In this document: positions 15,766-24,948 of the stretch, piece by piece
How the letters are laid out: each line of letters begins with the position of its first letter
Numbering within the stretch: position 1 is the first letter of the stretch
Assembly (NCBI GenBank): GCA_964579955.1
Contig: CAZOJA010000001.1
Coordinates: 1-53,570 of the forward strand
DNA length: 53,570 nucleotides
DNA from: an uncultured Veillonellaceae bacterium
Lineage (GTDB): Bacteria; Bacillota; Negativicutes; UBA1444
Direction: 5' to 3'
Notes under the pieces: generated by a model
Databases searched by the model: none
What the model saw: the letters and a program-made list of their open reading frames with translations, nothing else
Told to the model about the DNA's origin: nothing
Program-made: the position numbers and the translations under genes

Positions 15766-18347
15766 AGCTTCCCTGCCTCCTGTTTCGCCTGGACCGTCAA
15801 CTTGTGCAGAATGTTCAACGCTTCTAGCGGGGTCAGCGTCAGCGTATCGAGAGAGGCCAACTCATCGGCCAGGCTGGACTGAAACAGCGAGCCCATTGGC
15901 GCAGCCGCGGACGTTTTTTCCCGACGCGGCGTCTGACAGGTTGCTTCCGTTTCGATCTGGACCAAGAGTTCCTGCGATCGTTCGATGACTTTTCCAGGCA
16001 AACCGGCCAGTTTGGCGACATGGATGCCGTAGCTTTTGTCTGCACCGCCGGGGATGACCCTTCGTAGGAAGACGACGTCGTTGCCCCGCTCTTTCACGGC
16101 CATGGAGAAATTCTGGATCGCCGGTTTCCATTCGGCCAGGCAAGTCAGCTCATGGTAATGCGTAGCGAAAATCGTTTTGGCATGAATCCGCTCTTTGATA
16201 TATTCCACTACGGCCCGGGCGATGCTCATGCCATCGAATGTACTGGTTCCACGGCCGATTTCGTCCAGGATCACCAGGCTGCGCGAGGTGGCGTTCTTTA
16301 ATATTTGCGAGACTTCCGTCATTTCCAGCATAAAGGTCGATTGTCCCGTTGCCAGGTCGTCGCTGGCTCCTACCCGGGTGAAAATCCGGTCGACGGGTGA
16401 AATCGCGGCCTCTTTTGCCGGGACGAACGAGCCGGCCTGCGCCATCAGGGTCAGTAAAGCCACCTGTCGCATATACGTCGATTTGCCTGCCATATTCGGG
16501 CCGGTCAGAATCATGATTTCGCATTCGTGCGGATCCAACAACGTATCGTTGGGGACGAAAATCTCTCCTGCCAACAAACGTTCGACCACCGGGTGACGTC
16601 CTTCACGAATCACAATCCGTTGGTCTTCGGTCATCGTCGGCCGGACATAACGATACTGGGCCGCGGCTTCGGCCAGCGAAAGCAGGCAGTCAAGCACCGC
16701 CAGGCAACGCGCTGTAGTCTGGATTTCCGTCAATCGCTGCTTTACAAAATCACGCAGCTGCAGGAACAGATGATGTTCGAGGTTGACGATTTTTTCCTGC
16801 GCGCCAAGGATTTTTGTTTCAAACTCTTTGAGTTCCGGCGTAATATAGCGCTCGGCGTTGACCAACGTCTGCTTGCGGACGTAATTGGCCGGTACGGCCG
16901 TGGTATTGGCATGCGTTACCTCGATGTAATAACCGAACACTTTGTTGTAACTGATTTTAAGCGACTTGATGCCGGTACTCTCTTTTTCCCGCGCTTCCAT
17001 GTCCTGTACCCATTGACGGCTATCGCGCGACAAACTGCGCAATTCGTCCAATTCCAGATCGTAGCCGTCGCGGATAAATCCTCCCTCGCGAATCGAAAAC
17101 GGCGGGGTATCAATGACGGCGGCCCTGATCAGATCGGCGCAGTCCGTATGGGTTTGCAGGTTGAATCCGGTATCAAGCAATAGAGGTGAACTAAGACCGC
17201 AAAGGCTCTGTTTCAATTCCGGCAGTATATCGAACGAACTGCGAAGTGCCGTCAGGTCGCGTGCATTGGCTGTGCCGACTTCGATACGGGTGAGGATTCG
17301 TTCCATGTCATAGACCGACTTCAGCGATTCGCGCAACGCACTGCGCACACGCGGATTTTCGACCATTTCGCCGACCGCATCATGCCGGCGACGGATTTCC
17401 AGCAGATTCAACAGCGGCGACTCCAGCCACTGCCGAAGTAAACGCCCACCCATCGCAGTCACCGTAAAATCAAGTATGGACAGCAAACTGCCGCGTTTGC
17501 CGCCTTCCCGCATGTTGCGGCTGATTTCCAGATTACGCAGGGTGGTTCCGTCCAGCAGCAAAAAATCCTGTGGATTGAACCGGGTCAACCGGTTGATGTG
17601 GCTGAGATCCGATTTTAACGTCTGGTGCAGATATTGCAGCAAACGAGCGATGGCCGTAACTGCCAAGGCCTCCGCCGGAATATCGTCACGCAAAAAGTGT
17701 TTTGCCAGCAATTCATTCGCAGCCAATGACTCATCGGCGATAAACGTCGTTAACGTACAGTTGGCCAGTCGTGTCTGCAGGAACCCATTAACTTCCGACC
17801 AGCGTTCCAGCTTGTCGGTGAGGATCAGTTCTGCCGGCGACAAACGGGAAAGCTGATTTAGCATTGCCGCATAGCGATCGGCACCCTTGTGCAGGCTCCA
17901 GATACATTCGCCGGTGGAAATGTCGATTGCGACCAGACTCAGTTCCGCTTCCTGCTCGGCGAGCAACACGAGAAAATTATTGCCTCGCTCAGATAATGCC
18001 GATTCATAAAGAATCGTTCCCGGCGTGATGATCCGCACGACTTCCCGTTTGACGATGCCTTTGGCAAGCTTGGGATCTTCCACCTGCTCGCAAATCGCCA
18101 CCCGGTATCCTTTGGCAATCAACCTTGCTATATAGCCTTCCACCGCGTGATAGGGAACCCCGCACATCGGGACCCGGTTGCCGCTGCCAGCCTCACGCGA
18201 GGTCAGGGTGATTTCCAGTTCTCTAGCTGCCAGTTCCGCATCATCGAAAAACAGTTCATAGAAGTCGCCCAGGCGAAACATCAGCAGATCCTGCGGATGT
18301 TGCCGTTTTACTTCACGGTACTGTTCCATCATCGGCGTATAATTCAC
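15762..18347 (-). CDS. mutS: DNA mismatch repair protein MutS
   Basis: 861 aa with an N-terminal mismatch-binding domain (TPMMEQY...GDFYELF), Walker A GPNMAGKST and DEIGRGTSTFDG. Confidence 0.97.
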   Translation of the reverse strand: MNYTPMMEQYREVKRQHPQDLLMFRLGDFYELFFDDAELAARELEITLTSREAGSGNRVPMCGVPYHAVEGYIARLIAKGYRVAICEQVEDPKLAKGIVKREVVRIITPGTILYESALSERGNNFLVLLAEQEAELSLVAIDISTGECIWSLHKGADRYAAMLNQLSRLSPAELILTDKLERWSEVNGFLQTRLANCTLTTFIADESLAANELLAKHFLRDDIPAEALAVTAIARLLQYLHQTLKSDLSHINRLTRFNPQDFLLLDGTTLRNLEISRNMREGGKRGSLLSILDFTVTAMGGRLLRQWLESPLLNLLEIRRRHDAVGEMVENPRVRSALRESLKSVYDMERILTRIEVGTANARDLTALRSSFDILPELKQSLCGLSSPLLLDTGFNLQTHTDCADLIRAAVIDTPPFSIREGGFIRDGYDLELDELRSLSRDSRQWVQDMEAREKESTGIKSLKISYNKVFGYYIEVTHANTTAVPANYVRKQTLVNAERYITPELKEFETKILGAQEKIVNLEHHLFLQLRDFVKQRLTEIQTTARCLAVLDCLLSLAEAAAQYRYVRPTMTEDQRIVIREGRHPVVERLLAGEIFVPNDTLLDPHECEIMILTGPNMAGKSTYMRQVALLTLMAQAGSFVPAKEAAISPVDRIFTRVGASDDLATGQSTFMLEMTEVSQILKNATSRSLVILDEIGRGTSTFDGMSIARAVVEYIKERIHAKTIFATHYHELTCLAEWKPAIQNFSMAVKERGNDVVFLRRVIPGGADKSYGIHVAKLAGLPGKVIERSQELLVQIETEATCQTPRREKTSAAAPMGSLFQSSLADELASLDTLTLTPLEALNILHKLTVQAKQEAGKL

Positions 18348-18350
18348 AAA

Positions 18351-19685
18351 CTAATCCTTCCTTTCCGCGGCCACTTCGCCCCGGAGCAAGAATGTCTGGG
18401 CTGACGATATCTGAATATGGCGTATATTACCGGGAAAATCTTCTGTCGTGGCATTCCAGAGCACGATCTTGTTTTGACGGGTCCGGCCTGAATAGACCCC
18501 GCTATCCGTCTTGCTGGGACCATCGACAAGCACTTCGACCGACTTGCCGGTCCATTGCTGATTCGCCGCCAGGCTTATGCTGTTCTGCAAATCCATCAGG
18601 CGCTTGAGCCGGGCTTTTTTTACTGCCAGTGGTACCTGCGCGTCCATGGTTGCAGCCGGTGTGCCGGAGCGTTTGGAATACAGGAAGGTAAATGCGGCAT
18701 CAAATTTAATTTCAGCCATAAAAGCAAGCGTCTGTTCAAACATTTCATCGGTTTCACCGGGAAATCCCACGATAATATCCGTTGTGATGCTGATATCGGG
18801 GATGGCGGCCCTTAACTGACCGATGTGTCGTCGATAGGTTTCGGTCGAATAATGACGGTTCATTCGGCGCAATATTTCATCGCAGCCCGATTGTACCGGT
18901 AAATGCAGGTGTTCACAGATGTTCTGGCCTGCGGCCATGACTTCGATCAACTCTTTGCCAAAATCTTTGGGATGAGAAGTCATAAAACGTATCCGCGGAA
19001 TGCCTGCCTCTTGGTCGATCTTTTGCAGCAGGCGGGGAAAATTCCAATGATCAGGCAGATTTTTTCCATACGAATTGACATTTTGACCGAGCAACGTGAT
19101 TTCCTTGCCTCCGCTTCGCGAAAAAGCCTGTGCATCCGCCAACACGGTGGCGAAGGGACGACTGCGCTCGCTGCCGCGGACATAGGGTACAATGCAATAG
19201 CTGCAATAATTGTCGCAACCGTACATGATCGGAATCCAGGCACTGACACCCTGTTGTTTTTTTGGACCGGTTTCCTGCCCCAGGCCATCGTCGGCAAATT
19301 GTCCAGATTCCAGCAATTTTTTTTTCGGCTGCGATTGCTGCAGGATTTCGGCCAGACGATCGATGTTTTGCGTGCCCAGTACGATGTTCACATGCGGCGC
19401 CCGGCGAAAGATCAGCTGTTGATCTTTTTGCGCCATGCAGCCGGCAATGATGATGATTGCAGCAGGATTCTGCTCTTTGACATGCTTTAATGCGCCGATA
19501 TGTCCCCAAATCCTGCTTTCGGCGCTTTCTCGCACACAGCAGGTGTTAATCACGACAATGTCAGCTTTCTCTGGTTGATCGCAATGGACATAGTCCATGA
19601 TCTCCAGTTGGCCGGCTATCCGTTCGGAGTCGCTCTGGTTCATTTGGCAGCCGAAACTTTCAATATAGTAAGTTTGTGTTTTCAT
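18351..19685 (-). CDS. miaB: tRNA-i6A37 methylthiotransferase MiaB
   Basis: MTTase N-domain (SFGCQMN), radical-SAM CDNYCSYC and a TRAM C-terminus. Confidence 0.95.
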   Translation of the reverse strand: MKTQTYYIESFGCQMNQSDSERIAGQLEIMDYVHCDQPEKADIVVINTCCVRESAESRIWGHIGALKHVKEQNPAAIIIIAGCMAQKDQQLIFRRAPHVNIVLGTQNIDRLAEILQQSQPKKKLLESGQFADDGLGQETGPKKQQGVSAWIPIMYGCDNYCSYCIVPYVRGSERSRPFATVLADAQAFSRSGGKEITLLGQNVNSYGKNLPDHWNFPRLLQKIDQEAGIPRIRFMTSHPKDFGKELIEVMAAGQNICEHLHLPVQSGCDEILRRMNRHYSTETYRRHIGQLRAAIPDISITTDIIVGFPGETDEMFEQTLAFMAEIKFDAAFTFLYSKRSGTPAATMDAQVPLAVKKARLKRLMDLQNSISLAANQQWTGKSVEVLVDGPSKTDSGVYSGRTRQNKIVLWNATTEDFPGNIRHIQISSAQTFLLRGEVAAERKD

Positions 19686-19719
19686 AACCGGTCCTTTCCA
19701 TTCCCTCTCCCTTTATTGG

Positions 19720-19757
19720 ACACAAAGGCGCTCTACCGGAACAGTTCCGGCAGAGCG
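19720..19757 (-). terminator. Possible terminator/attenuator between the TSUP pair and miaB
   Basis: On the minus strand there is a 12-bp stem CGCTCTGCCGGA-ACTGT-TCCGGTAGAGCG followed by CCTTTGTGT. The U-tract is weak. Confidence 0.4.
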
Positions 19758-19777
19758 TACGCAACGAACATCTGGAA

Positions 19778-20155
19778 TCATGATTTCGATTCTTTTTTTG
19801 CCGGAAAAATCATGCGAATGCTGGAATATATCACAAGCGCGCCAAAAATCCGCCTTAACATCGCGCCATCAATCAACTGGACCATGTTGGAACTGAGCAG
19901 GCTGCCGGCAATCGAACCGAGGGCCAGTAGCATGGCCGTTCGGTATTCAAACAGATTGGCCTTGCGAAGCTTCAGGATCGCCACCAGCACGGTCGGAATG
20001 ATCACCAGCATCGAGATGCCTTGCGCCAGGTGTTGCGTCACTCCGAGCAGCAAAACCATCATTGGTACCATCACTACGCCGCCGCCGACTCCCATGATAC
20101 CGGTGAGGATTCCGGCGCCAAAACCCAAAGCGACGATAAACAGGAAACTGCTCAT
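19778..20155 (-). CDS. Half-size (4-TM) TauE/SafE (TSUP) family permease, second of a pair
   Basis: GFGAGILTGIMGVGGG motif and about four hydrophobic spans. The ATG at 20155 overlaps the upstream stop as ATGA. The GTG at 20161 is an alternative start. Confidence 0.7.
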   Translation of the reverse strand: MSSFLFIVALGFGAGILTGIMGVGGGVVMVPMMVLLLGVTQHLAQGISMLVIIPTVLVAILKLRKANLFEYRTAMLLALGSIAGSLLSSNMVQLIDGAMLRRIFGALVIYSSIRMIFPAKKESKS

Positions 20156-20511
20156 TGCCACACCATCCGTAACCCGACCAAGAGTAGCATTACGCCAAAA
20201 TAACGCTTCAGCTGGTGGGCCGGGATTCGCTTCAAAAAATGTGCACCGATGGCTGCGCCTGTCATTGCGCCTATAGCCAGGCTGAAGGCCATCATATAAT
20301 CAAGAGATTGATGTTGGCTATAAACAAAGCTGCCGGCAATCGCCGTCGGCAACACTACAAGCAATGACGTGGCGTGCGCCGAGTGCTGCGGCATTGCCAA
20401 GTAGCCCACCATAATCGGCACGAGAAAAATTCCACCGCCAACCCCCAACAAACCGCTTAGGATACCGATGCCGAAACCGATCGCCAATAATTTAAGATCA
20501 CGGGGCGACAA
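20152..20511 (-). CDS. Half-size (4-TM) TauE/SafE (TSUP) family permease, first of a pair
   Basis: TTG start after SD GAAGGTGA. Has the GFGIGILSGLLGVGGG motif and about four hydrophobic spans. Confidence 0.7.
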   Translation of the reverse strand: MSPRDLKLLAIGFGIGILSGLLGVGGGIFLVPIMVGYLAMPQHSAHATSLLVVLPTAIAGSFVYSQHQSLDYMMAFSLAIGAMTGAAIGAHFLKRIPAHQLKRYFGVMLLLVGLRMVWQ

Positions 20512-20531
20512 TAAATCACCTTCTTGTTTTA

Positions 20532-20882
20532 TCAGAGATCCGCTTCTGAAACGCTTTGCTCCTCCATGAAACTTCGATATTTATCATAAATGATCCGCAA
20601 AGATGTCATTATTGCTTTTTTTGCACTGCCTTGATATTGCTTGTCAATAATCCGTAATACCACTTCCGGGCCATTTTTCAACGAGTGCCCCAACAACATG
20701 TTGGACACGTACTTTCTGGCAACAGAAGTAGCCAGAGTGCAATCTGCTTCAACAATTTCGCCGGTGTCGACCCGAACAACGAGAATGATTCCGATGACTT
20801 TGTACATTTCACTCGCGGTGATTCCCACCGGAAGTTTTGCGTACCCGGAAAAAAGAACTAAACCGTCATCATTAGCTGCCAA
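20532..20882 (-). CDS. Small conserved-looking cytoplasmic protein of unknown function (I recall this pattern as DUF3870-like; unverified)
   Basis: 116-aa ORF with TTG start and AGGAGG 12 nt upstream. There is no TM, and it is tightly packed between the NTPase-Asp23 gene and the TSUP pair. Confidence 0.5.
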   Translation of the reverse strand: MAANDDGLVLFSGYAKLPVGITASEMYKVIGIILVVRVDTGEIVEADCTLATSVARKYVSNMLLGHSLKNGPEVVLRIIDKQYQGSAKKAIMTSLRIIYDKYRSFMEEQSVSEADL

Positions 20883-20905
20883 GTTCGATCTATTCCTCCT
20901 TCTGC

Positions 20906-21742
20906 CTATATTTTAGGATCCACGACGATACCTTGCACATAGATGTTGACATCGCTGACCGTCATCCAGGTCATGTATTCGACTTGCGTTTTGATCCGGT
21001 CTTGCGCTGCGTGGACGACATCGGGAATGTTTACTCCATAACGGACGGTTACACTTAGGTTCAAGACCAGACCACGTTCGGGATTCTCCATGTTCTTTAC
21101 CGATATTCGTCGGACCGAGGCCAAAGCGGAATCTTTCAACAATTCCTCGCGCACAATCATTGCGACTGCCCGCTCCGTGATGATCAATTTGCCGAAGACG
21201 GAAAAACGATTGGGACGGACGACAGAGACTTCACCGAAATGATAGCGTGGTTGACGGGGCGTCTTGTTGAAAAGGCGCATCGGATCAATTCTGAAATTGG
21301 GAAAATGCGGTTGCAATTCAATTTTTGGTACCGGCACGATATGTTTGTTTTGCGTCAGCCGGGTTTCGCGGGCTTTCATGATTGCCGCCGGGGTCGATAC
21401 ATCCTGGATCCGGATGATTCGTGTAACGGGAGGAAGCTGCAACGCTTGAACAATCCGGTCCACCATATTCCGTGAGGTCCCCAGAACCAGGACTTTGGCA
21501 GGATTTAATTGATGCAGGGCGTCACGGACTTGCTGCGCATGCTCTTCGTCAATAAAGATCGCCTTTTTTACCGAGCGGATTTTGTTGGCTTCATATTTTG
21601 CCGATGACCCGGCAATGATCTTATTGTCCTTGATTAGGATTCCATCGTCTATGAGCACGTCGGCTCCGCAATCATGAGCAACCTTCGAAGCTCTATGGCT
21701 TTTCCCGGTACCTGTCGGCCCGATGAAAGCAATGACTTCCAA
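20906..21742 (-). CDS. Walker-A NTPase fused to a C-terminal Asp23/Gls24-family domain
   Basis: The start is moved to TTG 21742 (SD GGGAGG 8 nt upstream), giving MEVIAFIGPTGTGKSHRA... The C-terminal ~110 aa (GKLIITERAVAMIVREELLK...VKNMEN...LVLNLSVTVRYGVNIPDVVHAAQDRIKTQVEYMTWMTVSDVNIYVQGI) follow the Asp23 pattern. Confidence 0.7.
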   Translation of the reverse strand: MEVIAFIGPTGTGKSHRASKVAHDCGADVLIDDGILIKDNKIIAGSSAKYEANKIRSVKKAIFIDEEHAQQVRDALHQLNPAKVLVLGTSRNMVDRIVQALQLPPVTRIIRIQDVSTPAAIMKARETRLTQNKHIVPVPKIELQPHFPNFRIDPMRLFNKTPRQPRYHFGEVSVVRPNRFSVFGKLIITERAVAMIVREELLKDSALASVRRISVKNMENPERGLVLNLSVTVRYGVNIPDVVHAAQDRIKTQVEYMTWMTVSDVNIYVQGIVVDPKI

Positions 21743-21818
21743 CTTCTTGTCCTCCCGACAGGAATTTGTTATTGAAAAAGAACGGGACCTGTCTGTAGCC
21801 AAGTCCCGCCTGCAAGCA

Positions 21819-22079
21819 TTATCTCGGCTCCACGATCAATTTGATGGCGGTCTTTTCTTCGCCGTCAATGACAATGTCCGCAAAGGCGGGTATAAAGATC
21901 AGGTCGATTCCTTGCGGCGCAAGAAATCCCCTGGCAATGGCTACCGCTTTAATCGCTTGATTCAATGCCCCCGCGCCAATCGCCTGAACTTCTGCCGAAC
22001 CTTGGTCACGAATTACGCCCGCCAGAGCTCCGGCAACCGAATTGGGCGCTGATTTTGCCGAGACTTTCAAAATTGCCAT
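21819..22079 (-). CDS. spoVS: Stage V sporulation protein S
   Basis: 86 aa, MAILKVSAKSAPNSVAGALAGVIR...AIGAGALNQAIKAVAIARGF, near-identical in pattern to SpoVS. SD AAAGGAGA. Confidence 0.95.
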   Translation of the reverse strand: MAILKVSAKSAPNSVAGALAGVIRDQGSAEVQAIGAGALNQAIKAVAIARGFLAPQGIDLIFIPAFADIVIDGEEKTAIKLIVEPR

Positions 22080-22119
22080 TCAGTGGACTCTCCTTTCGCG
22101 ACGCTTTCCTGTATGACTT

Positions 22120-22145
22120 TGTTCGTCGGAGAAGGAAAAAATCCT
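22120..22145 (-). promoter_or_regulatory. Weak candidate sigma-H-type promoter for spoVS
   Basis: On the minus strand: AGGATTT, 14 nt, GAACA, located about 40 nt upstream of the spoVS ATG. It only resembles the RAGGAxxT-N14-GAAT consensus. Confidence 0.25.
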
Positions 22146-22149
22146 GCAA

Positions 22150-22689
22150 TCATTTGCGGAATACTAAAACCCGGCCATTTTCGCGCAAAGCTGTCAGATT
22201 TTTCGGTGTGGGCTGAAACTTGACATTTTCCAGGATGCTATCGATAAAATCATCCGGAAAGCCGAATTCATCGATCATTTCTGCGACATATTCCGTTTCG
22301 TCGAGTAGAATCCTGTCCTTAAAATGCTCCGAAAGCAATGTGATGAGCAGTGACAACTCTCCCCGGCTCAAACTGGCCAAGTCACGTCCGATGGACATCA
22401 GGGTGAACCGTTCGTATGGCTGTTTGATTTCAATCCGGCAAACCTCCGGCGATTGTCTGGCGATATGGTGGTAGGCGCGCAGGGTGTTGATCAGCTGTTG
22501 TTCAAAATTTTGAATTTCCTCTGCAGTTACCGATTGCGACAGCATGAAATTCAGCCAAAGCACCTGTTTCTTGGAATCAATTTTGACAGTCCCGATTTGA
22601 GGAAACCGAACCAATATCGATATTAATAGACTCACACTGTCAGAATCTCGCGATTCCGACAAGCTTACTCTAGCAGTTTTCATCTTCAT
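22150..22689 (-). CDS. Hypothetical cytoplasmic protein (about 179 aa), no family recognised
   Basis: The start is moved to ATG 22689 or 22683, after AAAGAGG. The longer ORF start (22746) lies inside the rny terminator hairpin. There is no TM and no motif I can name. Confidence 0.55.
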   Translation of the reverse strand: MKMKTARVSLSESRDSDSVSLLISILVRFPQIGTVKIDSKKQVLWLNFMLSQSVTAEEIQNFEQQLINTLRAYHHIARQSPEVCRIEIKQPYERFTLMSIGRDLASLSRGELSLLITLLSEHFKDRILLDETEYVAEMIDEFGFPDDFIDSILENVKFQPTPKNLTALRENGRVLVFRK

Positions 22690-22706
22690 TCGCCTCTTTT
22701 CATCAA

Positions 22707-22744
22707 CCCAAAAATCCGGAAACGACCTGCGAAAGGTCGTTTCC
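22707..22744 (-). terminator. Intrinsic terminator after rny
   Basis: On the minus strand: GGAAACGACCT-TTCGC-AGGTCGTTTCC followed by GGATTTTTGGG. Confidence 0.75.
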
Positions 22745-22775
22745 AAATCATTTTGCTTATCCGAAGATCATCATT

Positions 22776-24335
22776 CTACTTCGCGTAGTCAACGGCTCTG
22801 GTTTCGCGGATAACCGTAACTCTGATCTGTCCAGGATAATCCATATCGGATTCAATCTGTTTCACAATATCTTTTGCCAATCGTATCGATGCCAAATCAT
22901 CGATTTTGTCGGGCTTGACCATGATCCTTACTTCCCGTCCGGCTTGAATTGCATAGGATTTATCCACGCCTTCAAACGAGTCGGCAATCTCTTCCAGTTT
23001 AGTCAGACGCTTGATATAGCTTTCCAGCGTCTCACGCCGGGCTCCCGGTCTTGCGGCGGAAACCGCATCCGCAGCGGCCACGAGAACCGCCTGGATTGTT
23101 TTGGGCTCTTCATCACCATGATGGGCGACGATCGCATTGATGACTTCGGCCGATTCCCGGTATTTCTTCGCCAGGTCGCCGCCGATGGTTACATGCGGTC
23201 CCTCCACTTCATGGTCGATTGCTTTGCCGATGTCATGCAACAAACCGGCCCGTTTTGCCAATGTTACATCGACTCCAAGTTCGGCTGCCATCACGCCGGC
23301 CAGATGGGATACTTCAATCGAATGCTTAAGGACATTTTGCCCGTAACTGGTACGATATTTGAGTCGGCCCAGCAGGCGGATGATTTCCGGGTGCAATCCG
23401 TGGATCCCCGTTTCAAAGGTAGCTTGCTCCCCGGCGTCCTTGATGCGCTGTTCCACTTCTTTCTGCGCCTTTTCAACCGTTTCTTCAATGCGGGCCGGAT
23501 GAATCCGTCCGTCACTGATCAGTTTTTCCAAGGCAAGACGGGCTACTTCTCGTCGAACCGGATCGAATCCGGAGATCAGGATGGCTTCGGGTGTGTCATC
23601 AATAATCAAATCAATGCCGGTTAGGGCTTCCAGCGTACGGATGTTTCTGCCTTCGCGACCGATGATGCGGCCCTTCATTTCGTCATTCGGCAGATTCACC
23701 ACCGATACGGTGGTCTCCGCAGCATGGTCGGCAGCACATCGCTGAATTGCCAGCGATACGATCTCGCGGGCCTTTTTCTCGGATTCTTCCTTGGCCTGAT
23801 GTTCCAGATCTTTAATCAAAACGGCCATTTCATGGCGGGTTTCCTGTTCGACGCTTTCCAGCAGGACCGCTTTTGCCTCTTCCTGGGTCAGACCGGCCAG
23901 CCGCTCCAGCTCTGCCAACTGTCTGTCATACAGTTGATTGATTTGTTCCTGCTTCGATTCGAGATCCGCATCACGGCGGGCAATGATTTCTTCTTTTCGT
24001 TCAAGCGATTCGATTTTTCGGTCCAGGTTCTCTTCTTTTTGTTGTAAGCGACGCTCCATGCGTTGAACTTCGGAACGTCTTTCCTTAAGCTCTCGCTCCG
24101 TTTCGATACGGAATCGGTGAATCTCTTCCTTGGCTTCAATCAGCGATTCTTTTTTCTTTGCATCCGCTTGATGCTGCGCATCATCGAGGATTTTACGGGC
24201 GGCTTCTTCCGCGGAAGCAATTTTCGCTTCGGCCAGGTTTTTTCGAGTCCAATAACCGGCGGCAATTCCGATTGCGCCAGCTACCAGGGCAATCATTACA
24301 AATTCTACAATAGTGGGTTGCCTCCTCTCCATCAT
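22776..24335 (-). CDS. rny: Ribonuclease Y
   Basis: N-terminal TM, coiled coil, KH domain ([22 protein letters not shown]) and HD domain (LLHDIGKA). It is collinear with B. subtilis Rny. The start codon is ambiguous (see findings). Confidence 0.93.
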   Translation of the reverse strand: MMERRQPTIVEFVMIALVAGAIGIAAGYWTRKNLAEAKIASAEEAARKILDDAQHQADAKKKESLIEAKEEIHRFRIETERELKERRSEVQRMERRLQQKEENLDRKIESLERKEEIIARRDADLESKQEQINQLYDRQLAELERLAGLTQEEAKAVLLESVEQETRHEMAVLIKDLEHQAKEESEKKAREIVSLAIQRCAADHAAETTVSVVNLPNDEMKGRIIGREGRNIRTLEALTGIDLIIDDTPEAILISGFDPVRREVARLALEKLISDGRIHPARIEETVEKAQKEVEQRIKDAGEQATFETGIHGLHPEIIRLLGRLKYRTSYGQNVLKHSIEVSHLAGVMAAELGVDVTLAKRAGLLHDIGKAIDHEVEGPHVTIGGDLAKKYRESAEVINAIVAHHGDEEPKTIQAVLVAAADAVSAARPGARRETLESYIKRLTKLEEIADSFEGVDKSYAIQAGREVRIMVKPDKIDDLASIRLAKDIVKQIESDMDYPGQIRVTVIRETRAVDYAK

Positions 24336-24445
24336 TCCTAGTAAGGGAAAGCCGAGTACTTACTCGGCTTTTCAAAGTAACCTTGCTTTAATCAAGTTGT
24401 CTCGTGTTACAACATGACAGCTTCCGGTCACACGATTGGCGATTT

Positions 24446-24474
24446 AATTGTAATTCTTTTTCGAAAAAGTGTCA
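24446..24474 (-). promoter_or_regulatory. Candidate sigma-A promoter of rny
   Basis: On the minus strand: TTGACA (24474..24469), a 17-nt spacer, TACAAT (24451..24446). Confidence 0.55.
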
Positions 24475-24489
24475 AGGTTCAGAGCCGCA

Positions 24490-24948
24490 TCAATACTGAT
24501 GTTTGAGGCATTTCTCCGCCAACCGGTTGAGTACGGGACGAGAAAAACCCCGGTTGTTTAGCAGGCGGACCAATCGGGGATAGTTCTCCTGAGTGAAGGC
24601 GAGTTTTTGTTTCTCCAATAATTGTTGGGCGAGTTCCCACTCCGCATCCAATGAAAAATATTCCCTGACAGTTTCCGCTGATGCACAAAGGCCCATCAGT
24701 CTGAGTTTGCCGAGAATGCTATGAAGTCCCGCACGCTGTTCCCGAACCAGTTTTTCTATCGTTCGCAGTTTGATTCGTTCATCGTCCAGATAGCCTTCGT
24801 TTTTGACGCGTTCGACTGCAGCATCGATTTCTGGTGCGGTGAAACCGCGTTGCTTGAGTTTGGCGCGCAATTCAAATTCTGAATGGTCGCGTCGGGCTAG
24901 CAAACGGACCGCTGTTGCCAGCGGTCCTTCCGTGTTTGTCGATTTCAT
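24490..24948 (-). CDS. recX: Recombination regulator RecX
   Basis: 152 aa with a three-repeat helical pattern ([38 protein letters not shown]). It overlaps the recA stop by 4 nt. Confidence 0.9.
   Translation of the reverse strand: MKSTNTEGPLATAVRLLARRDHSEFELRAKLKQRGFTAPEIDAAVERVKNEGYLDDERIKLRTIEKLVREQRAGLHSILGKLRLMGLCASAETVREYFSLDAEWELAQQLLEKQKLAFTQENYPRLVRLLNNRGFSRPVLNRLAEKCLKHQY

Noticed and set aside
19778-20511. Calling the split TSUP locus a pseudogene outright.
   Set aside because: Each half has its own signature motif, a plausible start and an ATGA coupling junction, and there are no internal stops. It is kept as two CDS, with the frameshift alternative stated in the findings.
24345-24368. 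The palindromic hairpin followed by TTTTC on the plus strand looked like a plus-strand terminator.
   Set aside because: No plus-strand gene ends nearby. It lies in the minus-strand rny leader, so it is treated as a leader structure (see the finding on the rny start).
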